DNA from: an uncultured bacterium
GTDB lineage: Bacteria > Patescibacteriota > Minisyncoccia > Phycocordibacterales > GCA-2401445
NCBI GenBank assembly: GCA_937952265.1
Contig: CALFYW010000055.1
Span: 58,478-122,477, forward strand
DNA: 64,000 nt
Reading direction: 5' to 3'
The notes under the pieces are model-generated. The model saw nothing but the letters and a program-made list of their open reading frames with translations. It did no database searches and had not been told where the DNA came from. Made by a program: the position numbers and the translations under genes. The stretch's first letter is position 1. Each line of letters starts with the position of its first letter. Of this stretch, positions 9,662 through 20,300 are shown piece by piece.

Positions 9662-10494
9662 TCGCAGCACTTCTGCGAGACCCGGATGAAGCACGGGTTG
9701 CCCGGCTTCCCCGGGCACTCTCGCATTCGCGGATCAATCGCTACCTCCTGTGCCCCGAGCAATACCGCCTCTACTATATCGAGCGGCTCCGGCCAAAGAT
9801 TCCGGCAGCCACACTCGTATTTGGGCAAATCATTCATCAGGCAATCGCCTCGTTCCTCACCCGTGAGCGTGATCCGGTCTCGGAATTCAACGAGAGCTGG
9901 AACTTGGTCAGGGGAATTCTGCTCAAATATCCGGAGCGGAGCTCCTGGGAGAAGCTCAACACCATTGGCGAGGCCCTGGTGACGAAGTTTCTATCAGAGG
10001 AACTTCCGCGCTTGGGCGTTATCCGAGCGGTCGAGACGCCGTTTGAGCTTGCGCTCTTAAATCTCGACATCCCGTTGGTGGGATTCATTGACCTCATTCG
10101 CGAGAAGAACGGTCACGTCGGCATCGTTGACTTCAAGACCGCTGCCTCCACCTACAAGCCGGGGGATGCGGCGCTCTCAGATCAATTGACCGCCTATCAA
10201 CTCGCGGTCCCGGACGCCACAGAGCTTGCGCTTTGTGTGCTGGTCAAGACGAAGAAACCAACGATCGAGTGGCACGTCACCACGCGAACGGATCAGCAGT
10301 TGGGGGAATACCTCGACAAGGCGGCGTATGTCGCCCAATCGATAGCCCGGTCCCGCTTCTATACCCGACCCGGAATGTGGTGCGCATGGTGCGATTACCG
10401 CCCCGTATGCGTCGGAGACCACGCCACCGCGCGGGAAACCCTTATCGAGCTCACCCCGAGCGAGGATGAGGGGAGAAATGGGACGCGTGTATGA
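9658..10494 (+). CDS. PD-(D/E)xK superfamily nuclease (RecB/Cas4-like, C-terminal Cys cluster)
   Basis: IVDFKT (D...K core motif) and C-terminal WCAWCDYRPVC are typical of Cas4/AddB-type nucleases. Translationally coupled to both flanking genes. Confidence 0.5.
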   Translation: MIAALLRDPDEARVARLPRALSHSRINRYLLCPEQYRLYYIERLRPKIPAATLVFGQIIHQAIASFLTRERDPVSEFNESWNLVRGILLKYPERSSWEKLNTIGEALVTKFLSEELPRLGVIRAVETPFELALLNLDIPLVGFIDLIREKNGHVGIVDFKTAASTYKPGDAALSDQLTAYQLAVPDATELALCVLVKTKKPTIEWHVTTRTDQQLGEYLDKAAYVAQSIARSRFYTRPGMWCAWCDYRPVCVGDHATARETLIELTPSEDEGRNGTRV

Positions 10495-10952
10495 GTATCG
10501 ATCCGTGCGAATACAAGGTCATTCGTTTGCGGGAGTGTCCGGTGCCCACCGAGCTCGCCCGGTGCGAAACCCCGGAGCACGCGGTCGCGTACTGGAACCT
10601 GCACATTGGCCCGCCCCCGTATTTCAATCCGGAATGCGAGTGCTTCGTCGTCCTCATGCTCAATTCACGCCATCGCGTCAAAGGGCATGCGCTGATATCA
10701 ATCGGCACCGTGGATACGCTCCTGGTCTCCGGACGGGAAGTATTCCGGACGGCCGTGATCGTGAGCGCCGCCGCGGTCGTGCTGATGCACAATCATCCGA
10801 GTGGCGACCCCACCCCGTCCGAGGCCGATATCAGAGCAACGCGTGACCTGGTTCACGGCGGGAAGGTCCTTCGCATTGAGGTGCTGGACCACGTCATCAT
10901 CGGTCGAGACAACCGAACATCGTTGCGCGAGCTCGGCTACCTCTACATGTAG
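10491..10952 (+). CDS. RadC-like JAB/MPN domain protein
   Basis: JAMM motif HNHPSGDPTPSEAD. Size about 150 aa. Confidence 0.8.
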   Translation: MSIDPCEYKVIRLRECPVPTELARCETPEHAVAYWNLHIGPPPYFNPECECFVVLMLNSRHRVKGHALISIGTVDTLLVSGREVFRTAVIVSAAAVVLMHNHPSGDPTPSEADIRATRDLVHGGKVLRIEVLDHVIIGRDNRTSLRELGYLYM

Positions 10953-11284
10953 CCCCCGCCCCGGTGTGAATAACTCACAGCCTCGTCTGAGCAATCAACG
11001 GGGCCTTTTTCTTGCGAACGACGGTGGGTGGGTGATTCACTGGTGCCTCCGTCACCGCAGGGATCGAAACCCTCCAAGCGAATGAGAAAGAGGTGGGCCA
11101 CCGCGTGGGGATAGCCGTGCGATCGGAAAAACGAAACCGCAGCGGCTTGATCGCCTGAAACCACGACCGCCAAGCGTCCCAACTCCTCCACGAATGCGAC
11201 AATGAAGAACGGGAAATCCCGATGCGTCGCGGAGATGGTAAACCGCAGATAATCAGGTAGGTCCGCAGGCGGGATCGTCTTCAT
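10943..11284 (-). CDS. Hypothetical protein
   Basis: ORF with a reasonable N-terminal composition but no recognisable motif. The C-terminal part is low-complexity. Confidence 0.2.
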   Translation of the reverse strand: MKTIPPADLPDYLRFTISATHRDFPFFIVAFVEELGRLAVVVSGDQAAAVSFFRSHGYPHAVAHLFLIRLEGFDPCGDGGTSESPTHRRSQEKGPVDCSDEAVSYSHRGGGYM

Positions 11285-11373
11285 GCCGCAACGTTATGGG
11301 AGTGAATCGTGCCGTGCCGAGAAAAACTCACCGACCTTCGTGCGACAATTATGAGCGCCGGCTCGTCGATTCC

Positions 11374-11958
11374 TCAATCGTTGGTCGCTTGACGCACGAT
11401 TTCAGCCAAATCGAGGTCCATGGCGTCGGTCAAGCGCAGCAACGTATCGAGGCTCGGGATTCGCAAACCTCGTTCGACGTAGCTTACCATCTGCTGAGAG
11501 AGCCCCGCGCGCTCCGCCAACGCGGTCATGGAAAGATTCTGAGCAATGCGCGAGGCTCGCAGCAGTCTGGCAACATTTGCGCAAACCCTTGCTCGGCGGT
11601 CATTTACTGGCACGGGCAAGATGTATGCGCCGTGCGAGTTGACAACACACCTAATAATAGTTAGGGTAAGAGCGCTATGTTTCTTCGCCGACTCGGACCC
11701 GACCCGCACGCCAATGGCGCATCCACCCCGGCACTTCAAAACTGCCCGGACATCTTTGAACTTGAGAACGGTGATTTCGCCATCATCGGTATCGACATGA
11801 CGGCGGACGGCAGGCCGCGCCTGCCCCCGAGTGCCGGCTGCGGTCCCGACGAGCGAATTGTCTGGATCCCGCGCCGCATTCTCGTCAACGCGAAGGGGGA
11901 TATTCCTGATTCGGTGTAGGAGCACGCTGCCATCCCCTTTCCTCCGACACCCACCCAA
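11374..11958 (-). CDS. XRE-family HTH protein (HTH at the C-terminal end of the ORF; true start uncertain, probably much shorter than the ORF)
   Basis: C-terminal 60 aa LRASRIAQNLSMTALAERAGLSQQMVSYVERGLRIPSLDTLLRLTDAMDLDLAEIV matches the XRE HTH pattern. No in-frame ATG lies just upstream of the domain, and the N-terminal extension is compositionally odd. Confidence 0.35.
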   Translation of the reverse strand: MGGCRRKGDGSVLLHRIRNIPLRVDENAARDPDNSLVGTAAGTRGQARPAVRRHVDTDDGEITVLKFKDVRAVLKCRGGCAIGVRVGSESAKKHSALTLTIIRCVVNSHGAYILPVPVNDRRARVCANVARLLRASRIAQNLSMTALAERAGLSQQMVSYVERGLRIPSLDTLLRLTDAMDLDLAEIVRQATND

Positions 11959-11969
11959 GGGTATACTGG

Positions 11970-12434
11970 GTGGGTATTGGGTTGTGGCTTGCGGAGCACT
12001 GGTTTTCCCTCCTTCAAAGCGCCGGAATTATCGGCAGCCTCATTTTCACTGGCGCCTCACTCCGGATTGATGCACGTGCCCGTCGAACCAGCAATCTGAT
12101 CGCCATCAGCCGCCAACATCGCGATATCTGGACGGAAATCCTCCGACGCCCTGACCTGCTTCGCATCCTTTCTCCACGAGGACGTGTTGAAACCGCGAAA
12201 ATCTCCGAATCCGAAGAAGCATTCGTCACGCTCCTCATCCACCATCTGGCAAGCGCCTATGACGGTATTCGGTTCGGATTGATCACCGAACTTGATGGGC
12301 TGCAACGCGATGTCGCGCAGTTCTTCGCGCTCCCCATCCCTCGCAAGGTATGGGAGCGGATCCGCCCGTATCAGAATATGGAATTCGTGCGCTTCATGGA
12401 TCACACGATCGGGCCACCCACCGAACCGCGGTAG
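11970..12434 (+). CDS. Hypothetical membrane protein
   Basis: N-terminal hydrophobic helix and plausible composition. Conflicts with an antisense ORF at 12057..12515, which is judged less likely. Confidence 0.25.
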   Translation: MGIGLWLAEHWFSLLQSAGIIGSLIFTGASLRIDARARRTSNLIAISRQHRDIWTEILRRPDLLRILSPRGRVETAKISESEEAFVTLLIHHLASAYDGIRFGLITELDGLQRDVAQFFALPIPRKVWERIRPYQNMEFVRFMDHTIGPPTEPR

Positions 12435-12539
12435 CGCGATCGCCGCGCTACCGGATCTCCGCAAATCGTAGCGCTCGGCTCCATAAAAAAGGCCCTCTTG
12501 ATGATCTTTCAGCAAAAGGGCTCCTTGGCTCGGAATGAA

Positions 12540-13448
12540 TCATTCCGAGAATTCGTTCACTGCCATGAGGCGACCGGTCGGATTTGCTTCCACCTCTCCC
12601 TCGTCACCGCCGACTGCGGCGAATTGGTCGAGCAGGCGGTGGATCACCCGCGTCCGTGCTGGTAAGCGCCACAGATCGCCTTTGATGGTCTCGGTGGCTG
12701 CATTGAACAATCGCCATGCGGTTTTACCACACTGGACAAACTCCGGATGCCGCGGCTCACGCCATTCCCGGATTACGCGAGGAATGTCCGAGACATTCAA
12801 CGCACCGGCGTCCCACAGGCGGACCACCAGGTCGTGAACGTCGTGGTCGGAAAGCGCGGTTTGCCGATAGCGCTCAAACGTTTCCGACTGCGCGGCAAAG
12901 CGCTCCGGAAGGCTCACCACCGTCTCGCTGATGATCCAGGACAAATCGCGCAACAAGTTCGCGGTATGCTTCCGTGCGAACGTGACCGCTGACCCTTGAA
13001 AGGACAGATTGTCACACACGAACACGGTTGCGCCGATGCAAAGCCCTGCGGAAACCGATTTGTCGTAGGAATTGCGCAACCCCAGGACGCATCCATAGTC
13101 AGAGCCATTCGCTCCGGGCAACTCGACCTGGAGAATCCCGAATAGCCGGTTACCGTCGCGGCCCAGCGCCAACCGCTCGTCGCGAATCGTGATCCCCTCA
13201 ACCGCAAGCTGCTTTTCGATCCGCACAATCAAAGATTCGTACGGGAGGGGAACATAGGTCCGCGTTGCGGTCGGAATCGGCACCCCAAACACTTCCTCGC
13301 GCGAGGCGAGCTCGGCACCGCAGTGGAGAACGAGCCCCTTCATTTCGATCCTCCTTTGGCCAGAATCCTGGCAACCCAGTGGGTGAACATACGTGTCAAC
13401 TTCATCATCATCCTCCTTATCAATTGGTTGTGAACAGCGTGAATCCAT
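12540..13448 (-). CDS. Hypothetical protein, possibly DUF932-like (family found on conjugative/integrative elements); alternative start 13343
   Basis: About 300 aa with good composition and an LRNSYDKS motif. The DUF932 family assignment is from memory only and was not verified. Confidence 0.35.
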   Translation of the reverse strand: MDSRCSQPIDKEDDDEVDTYVHPLGCQDSGQRRIEMKGLVLHCGAELASREEVFGVPIPTATRTYVPLPYESLIVRIEKQLAVEGITIRDERLALGRDGNRLFGILQVELPGANGSDYGCVLGLRNSYDKSVSAGLCIGATVFVCDNLSFQGSAVTFARKHTANLLRDLSWIISETVVSLPERFAAQSETFERYRQTALSDHDVHDLVVRLWDAGALNVSDIPRVIREWREPRHPEFVQCGKTAWRLFNAATETIKGDLWRLPARTRVIHRLLDQFAAVGGDEGEVEANPTGRLMAVNEFSE

Positions 13449-14265
13449 CCGCCTCTCACGACTGGATGGGATGGGTATCGAAGAACCTTCGAACTCTCGC
13501 CATCATATCGCCACCCGGCTGACACGAAAGAGCGGGAAACGTGCTGGAAACCGCAGGTCGCCACATCATTGAACTACGGCGCCACGTCAACCCCTGGCGC
13601 GACCCGTCGGCAAGATCTGGTTGATCTTGCAGAAATCCTGCGAAGCAGGATTGACCCGCACCGTTACCACGCTTTTTTCCGTAAAAGACACCTAAGTATC
13701 ACGCCATGCTAACAACTGCCTAATCTCGAATCGATTACACCCCGATATTTCGAGCGGCGAATCCACTCGTAAACACCGTTTCTACAAATTCAAATTTTCT
13801 AAAACAAAACTTTGCTATTGTGAGATGCCTGTGATGAAATGGAAGCATGTCGAATCCGATTGCCGCACGCCCAAGGTTCGGAATCGAAATCGAGGGTGGG
13901 ATTCCCTTAAAGAATGTGTGTGTTTCTCCCCGGAAGCTCCCGTTTACACTTATGAATAATTGCGATTCTCAATTCTCCACAGATTTCGTGAAAGATCGGG
14001 TCAGTTTCTGGCGTATTTATACCGAGCGGCGATGTCGCAATTCTTCCGGCCGTTCGCTATTTACTTGGACGACTCAGATTGCTCCGCAACCAATAGCAGC
14101 GCGATGATTGAAGGCAAGTTCGTCATAGATCGATTATTTCAGCATTTGTTCCCTCAAACACGTCGTATCGTTCGTCGCCCTACTTGTTGTGGCGACGGCT
14201 CATTCCGGTTGCAAATCAACCGAGTGTGAAGTGCAACCGGAAAACTTCTCGCCTCCCCAAGCTCT

Positions 14266-17200
14266 ATGAAATTAAATATCCCTTTCACGCTCTTCTTCGT
14301 GATCGCGCTCGCTCCGCTGATCACGGCACAAGGGCGACGCACTGCTCCTGAAACCCTGATTTCAAGGGGGCAATACGAAATTCGTGAACGCGGGCCACAT
14401 CACAACAAAGTCGGTCGTGAGATCGTTGTGCGTGATCAGTCCGGTGAGATCGTGACCCGCGAGCAATCCTATGTGGAACTCGCCACCGGAATGAACTTTC
14501 TGGATGAGGGGGAGTGGAAGCCGGCGGATCCCACCATTGAGCTTTTCGAAGGCGGAGCAATTGCGCGAAACCTCCAGCAGAAAATAATCTTCTCACCAAA
14601 CATCTTGGACGAGGATGGGACGATTGACTTTCAAACTCCGGACGGACAGCGCCTTCGCGCTGCACCGCTCGCCCTCGCCTATTTCGACCCGGTGACAGGC
14701 CAGGACGCGATTATTGCGGTTGCGAAGGACTCAGTGGGTGAAGTGCATGGCGAAAGCAGGGTCGTGTATCCTGATGCGTTCGACGGTGTTGAGGCAGACG
14801 TGATCTACGACCTCCGTATCTCCGGCTTCAGCCAGGACGTTATTCTGCGCGAGCAAATTCCGCCAGCCGAGGATTTCGGCCTAAACTCGGAGTTCGCCCG
14901 ACTCGAGATTCTGACTGAATTTCTGGAGGCACCGCGACCTCAAAAAGAGGAGCGTATCCTCTGGAGAGTTGAGGATCCCGTGCTCCGTGGAATCATGGCG
15001 ACCCCGGATTTTGTCGATGAGGAATTGGTTTTTGGACAAACGCGCTTTGGTCCTGGTCGAGCATTCTCAAACAACCAAGCAGGTCTTGATTCGCCGGTAG
15101 ATGAGGCCGCGACGCCGGTAGGAAAGCGATGGGTCGAAGAGGATGGCCGAATGATCCTCTTCGAATCTGTCGATTTTCAATCCATCTTGCCAATGTTGGA
15201 TCAACTGCCTGCTCGTCAGCAGGCGCGAATTGACTTCAACGAGATTGACCGACCGGAACTGCTGGCCTCATCGAGCCCTGATCGCACCGTTCCTCGGCGC
15301 CCGGACCTCAGTGAATCCGAATTCCGGGGAATACAAATCGCCGACATCTCCCGTCACCGCCCCGGGGTAATTCTCGATTATACGACCATCGATGCAACGC
15401 AGACGGACTACACCTTCAAGGGCGACACCACGTATTATATCAAGGGTTCAATTCACTTGTACGGAACGACCACGCTCGAGGGCGGCACCGTAATCAAATT
15501 CGATAAATACAACTCTGGAAGTTCATACTATACTCGACTGTACGTAAACGACGGATTTGTCTGTAATACAGACTTTTACCGCCCAGCAATTGTCACTGCA
15601 CGTGATGACGATACCGTCGGTGAAATCCTTTCGGAAAGCGACGGAACGGTTGATGCGCCAGGGCATTATGGATATTACGGATTTCATTTCAACACTCCAA
15701 CCAGTGATATCTCGCTCCACCACGTTCATTTTCGAAACACACTGGTTGCGTGCCTGTTCTACAAGGCTTCAACAAACACCCACTCGTTAAAACATGTTAC
15801 GTTCACTCAATGCCGCTACGGGATATATGCGAACGATACTGATGTTGAGGTTGGGAATATCCTAATCGACGACGCTTACACAACGGCATTCTGGGGACGG
15901 GATACGGCAACGATTGATGCGGAGCACGTAACTGTTCATGACGCCGCGCAGATTTTTTATGACCAAGACGCCAACTCCACGTTAAACCTTACAAATTCAC
16001 TTTTGGTTGATGTCACGACAACCACCCACACCGGTTCAGAGACGAACGTTGAAATTATAGCGAGCGCAGCAGGATTGTTTCAATCCGTGGGTGTCGGCGA
16101 CTTTTATCTTGCTCCCGGAAGCCCATATCGCGATGCCGGAACCACAAGCATCGATGCCACGCTCGCATCGGAACTGCGAACGTTAACGACGTATCCACCG
16201 GTGGAACTCGAAGGGGACATTACGGAAGACACGACACTCTACCCACACGTCGAACGAGACATGGGAATTCCTGACTTGGGATACCATTACACCCCAATTG
16301 ACTATGCGCTCTTCGTTGTCGTAAAAGACTCAACCCTTACTATCAATCCTGGAACTGTGATCGTTCCGCACAACTACGGGTCCATTGAACTCCAAGACGG
16401 TAGTCACCTCGAAGCCGTGGGAACAGTCTCACAACCCATTCAATTCGCTCGCTACTACGCCTCTCAGGAGCAACCGGCGGAATGGGTAAACCATGGATAT
16501 CCAGAGCGGTCAATCATTTCCCGAAACGACGGAAGTAACACACCAACCGCGAATATTCGATTCGCGAACTTCAACGGAATCAGTGGCGGTGGATACACGT
16601 TCTACCTTGACAACTCATGGTGGAAAATCCAAACGCTGGATTTGGTAGATTGCCAGATTTATGGAAACGAATCGCCATTTTCAGGCGGCCAAAGTCCCTA
16701 CTCAAACATAACCATCAAGAACTGCCTGTTCGTTCGGGCCTTAGCCAAGTTCACTCATTGGGGTGTCCGTGACGTTTACAACAACCTATTCTCGGGCGGA
16801 ACCACCCACGTTGAACGGTGGAGCGCCGGCGCGGGAACGTGGACCTTCAAGGATAATTCATTTCACAGCACCGCACTCACAGACGTCTACGGTGGAACAA
16901 GCAACAGCTACAATGGTTATCTGGGCGCAAGTCAAGGCACCTTAAGCAGTTCCTCAGGGAACGACGAAACTGCAACGACGTTCACCTACGATTCCGGGCA
17001 ACTGGGTCGGTTCTATCAGAATAGCACTGATCTCCTTGACGAGGGTAGCCAAGCAGCAGGAGCCGCGGGTCTGTTTCACTTCACTACGGAATCGGACAAT
17101 AGCAAGGATACGGGCACGGTGGACATCGGATACCACTACGTCGCGGTGGACAGCACAAGCGGCGAACCTGACGACACAGACGGCGACGGAATACCCGATT

Positions 17201-17319
17201 ATCTTGAGGATGCCGATGGCGACGGCAACCACGACAGCGGAACGGAGACGGATTGGGAAGAATCTGAAAACGGAACAACGGGGACGACAGGCCTGTTGGT
17301 TTTCACGATCCTGGAGTAG
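14266..17319 (+). CDS. Large secreted repeat protein (Sec signal peptide; probable beta-helix-like repeats; acidic Ca-binding-like D-x-D-G-D repeats at the C-terminus)
   Basis: Signal peptide MKLNIPFTLFFVIALAPLITAQG. Length 1017 aa. C-terminal DTDGDGIPDYLEDADGDGNHD resembles thrombospondin-type-3/calcium-binding repeats. Confidence 0.55.
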   Translation: MKLNIPFTLFFVIALAPLITAQGRRTAPETLISRGQYEIRERGPHHNKVGREIVVRDQSGEIVTREQSYVELATGMNFLDEGEWKPADPTIELFEGGAIARNLQQKIIFSPNILDEDGTIDFQTPDGQRLRAAPLALAYFDPVTGQDAIIAVAKDSVGEVHGESRVVYPDAFDGVEADVIYDLRISGFSQDVILREQIPPAEDFGLNSEFARLEILTEFLEAPRPQKEERILWRVEDPVLRGIMATPDFVDEELVFGQTRFGPGRAFSNNQAGLDSPVDEAATPVGKRWVEEDGRMILFESVDFQSILPMLDQLPARQQARIDFNEIDRPELLASSSPDRTVPRRPDLSESEFRGIQIADISRHRPGVILDYTTIDATQTDYTFKGDTTYYIKGSIHLYGTTTLEGGTVIKFDKYNSGSSYYTRLYVNDGFVCNTDFYRPAIVTARDDDTVGEILSESDGTVDAPGHYGYYGFHFNTPTSDISLHHVHFRNTLVACLFYKASTNTHSLKHVTFTQCRYGIYANDTDVEVGNILIDDAYTTAFWGRDTATIDAEHVTVHDAAQIFYDQDANSTLNLTNSLLVDVTTTTHTGSETNVEIIASAAGLFQSVGVGDFYLAPGSPYRDAGTTSIDATLASELRTLTTYPPVELEGDITEDTTLYPHVERDMGIPDLGYHYTPIDYALFVVVKDSTLTINPGTVIVPHNYGSIELQDGSHLEAVGTVSQPIQFARYYASQEQPAEWVNHGYPERSIISRNDGSNTPTANIRFANFNGISGGGYTFYLDNSWWKIQTLDLVDCQIYGNESPFSGGQSPYSNITIKNCLFVRALAKFTHWGVRDVYNNLFSGGTTHVERWSAGAGTWTFKDNSFHSTALTDVYGGTSNSYNGYLGASQGTLSSSSGNDETATTFTYDSGQLGRFYQNSTDLLDEGSQAAGAAGLFHFTTESDNSKDTGTVDIGYHYVAVDSTSGEPDDTDGDGIPDYLEDADGDGNHDSGTETDWEESENGTTGTTGLLVFTILE

Positions 17320-17362
17320 GCATCGGGCTGAGGCCGTAAACCGGCTAAAACGATTCAATAAT

Positions 17363-20300
17363 ATGAGAGCACCACACGTTTTGACCGCTGTTGCGGTGTC
17401 CCTGGGACTTTGGTTTGCAAGTCCGATGCAGGCACAGATTTCATGTACGGACTGCCTTGTCGAATTCAAAACGGCGTTCGCCAAAAGGCCCAAAGTTGGT
17501 AAATTCGCCTATGTCTTCAATAATCTTCCCAAACGAGAAGTATACAAAACCTACACATACGAGAGCCTCTGGGAGGAAAACTATGATGGAGACATGGGTA
17601 CATCAAAGAACTGGAATGCTAAGTGGGAACAAGCTGAAACACATAACTATGACCCTGATGACTTTACTTTAATCTCGGGATCAACCTACGAATGCCAGAA
17701 TTACAGTACCACATCGACCATCACCGACGAGGTCCATAAAACAACTGTTACAGTTGCTGAAGATGGTTCTGAGACTGAGGAGAATGTAATTGCAACGTAC
17801 AACTTCTCAACCGATACTTGGGATAGCAGTTGCAAGAAGGACTTTTTTCACGACCCCAACGACAACTGCTACAATGACATGAGCTTTGGGGGGCTTACAA
17901 AAGTAGTGGGAACAGCGAGCGATGATAGTCCTGCAGATACGGCCACAACTCACACGGTGATAACCGATTACGCACGTTACTCCGGTTACGAACGAAAAAC
18001 AACAATCACCGAAACCCTCAGCGATGAGTATACCACAGACGAACTTATTGATAATTTAAACGCTGATCTGGATACAGCACTTGCCAGCGCAGGCTGGACC
18101 GGATCCGGATCATCCTCGCTTTATTTGCCATCCAGCGAAGCTTGTGCTGAGGCCGACAAGATGATCTATCGCTTCAAACTACCTGCCGCAGAAGCCGATG
18201 TGGAGTATGAGATTTCGTGGCAGGAGGTTTTCCGGCGAGACGGTGGTACAAGTAGCGCTACTGACAAGAGTGAAATCGTGGTTGGTGAGGGCGGTTTAAC
18301 CTATGGAATTGAACATACTGGAGAAGTTCCTAGCGAAAACGGAATAGTCACGGTAGAAAACATCAGCGTTGAAATCCATTCGAACGGCGGGACAAACGGC
18401 GGCGGAGGCCCGCCGGGAAGCGGGAGCGTGGGTTTCGGAGGCGGGAGCAGCAGTTATGGCGGCGATATTGGCTGTGGGCCATGCGCGGGCGGAGGCATTG
18501 GTATTGGGAACGGCGCCTTTGCGTCAATAAGCATGGGACAAACTGGATTCGGACGGTCTGCTGGGAACATCTATTTCGCAACTGCGACAGCTACACCCGT
18601 AATGGCGAAACCGAAAATCCTCTTTTACAATGTCGAACGACCGGACATCGACATTGTCCGCGTCGAGGGTGATATTCATCAAATTAAGACCCATCAAGTT
18701 CTAGCGCACGTCGATATTATAAACGACTATAAGTTCGAAATACAATTTTACTATGATAGCGATGTCGGAACAAAAAGCGGGGAAACGTATCCGCTTATTA
18801 ATTTTCCCACGCCTTTCGTAACCTGGCGATTTGAGAATCCGGATGCCTCGCCAACTATCTACAATAAGCTAAAGGTTACCGAGATTCGCGGCGTGATTTC
18901 ACGAGTATGGGAATATACCTATTCGAGCGGGAGCAATCACACCTGGGTGTTAACAAAACCCGGCAGCATTCAGGAGGAAGAGCTGGTTTGGAGTGCGGAT
19001 GGGCAATCTCCTGCGACGCGCGAAGTTACGATAGAATTCCGTAAACCCGCTGGAGCCAACGAGTTAGTGATATACAGAAAGTATCAGGAGTATTCGTGGG
19101 GCGAAGGAATGATAGAGGAATCAATCGGAGAAGGTGCTGAAAAGCAGACAACCACCTACACCTATCTTTCAACTGCTCTTTATGGGTCCGCAAGACCGGT
19201 TGAGAAAATTGTCCATCACGATGGTTCTTGGCAATGGTTTACCTATACCGGAGATAATTTGCCGTCGATTGTTTACTCATCTTACGGGAATCAAGCGCCA
19301 ACCACCACGGCGTCCTTATGTCGAAAAGTCGAATATAACTATACCTCACCGTCCGGCAGCGGGGACGTTGCAACTATTAATCCGCGATCGGCGCGAATAG
19401 TTGACGAATATGTCTTGGGCGAACACGTGAGTCGCCGCTTCACAATTTTTCGAAATGGTGAACGCCTGGACATCGTTTGTCAGACCGTATCCACGAGCAC
19501 CACGTGGAATGCGGGTGACAATCTTGTTACAACCACTACGTATTACACAAGCGGAGCCAACGAAGACCGTGTAAAGTCCATCGAGTATCCTGATGGAACA
19601 GCAGAGCTCTACACGTATTCAGAGAGCACGAATTTTACGACAAACGTATCGCGAGGCGTACCAAACACCAGTCCACCGACCGCGATAACTGACGGAACCA
19701 CCACAACAACAGTTGTTAATGAGGCTGGGTTTTTGGTGTCGCGAACTGTTGTGGACATCGGTTCATCGAAAACGCTTTCCAGCGAAACCTACGATAATCA
19801 CGATGAGTTCGGCAGACCGCAGGAAACTGAATACCTTGACCTAACAACGACCGAAGCGAACTTTAGCTGCTGCGGAATCGACAACACCGTAGGCAAGGAT
19901 GGACTGGTCACCAGCTACTATTACGATGACCTAAACCGGCAAATTGCGTCCTTGGCCAACGGAATTCTACACACCAACGTGCTGAACTCGGTTGGAAACG
20001 TGCTTGTTCAAATTCGCAAGGGAACCGACAGTTCAGAGATAGTGCTCAATCAATCCGCCTACGACACCGCAGGCCAAACAATTACGGTGACCAATGCGCT
20101 GGGCGGGATTACCAGTATTGTCTACGAGATTGAGAATTCGCGGCAGAAGATCACTACCACTTACCCCGACAGTGGTCAGCGGGTGGAATATTACTATCGC
20201 GATGGACGCGTCGAGAAGGTATACGGCGATGCGACTACATCACCGGTTAAATACGTTTACGGCGTCGAGGACCATGCAGGCGTGGACCGGGAGTATAGAA

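Noticed and set aside
12057-12515. 152-aa minus-strand ORF
   Set aside because: Overlaps the plus-strand ORF 11970..12434, which has a TM helix and a more protein-like composition. Neither has motif support, so only the plus-strand one was listed, at low confidence.
17036-17362. ORF-track 5' extension of the rhs gene (start at 17036)
   Set aside because: It overlaps the 3' end of the upstream 1017-aa gene in another frame. A canonical signal peptide begins at the in-frame ATG at 17363, which was taken as the start.
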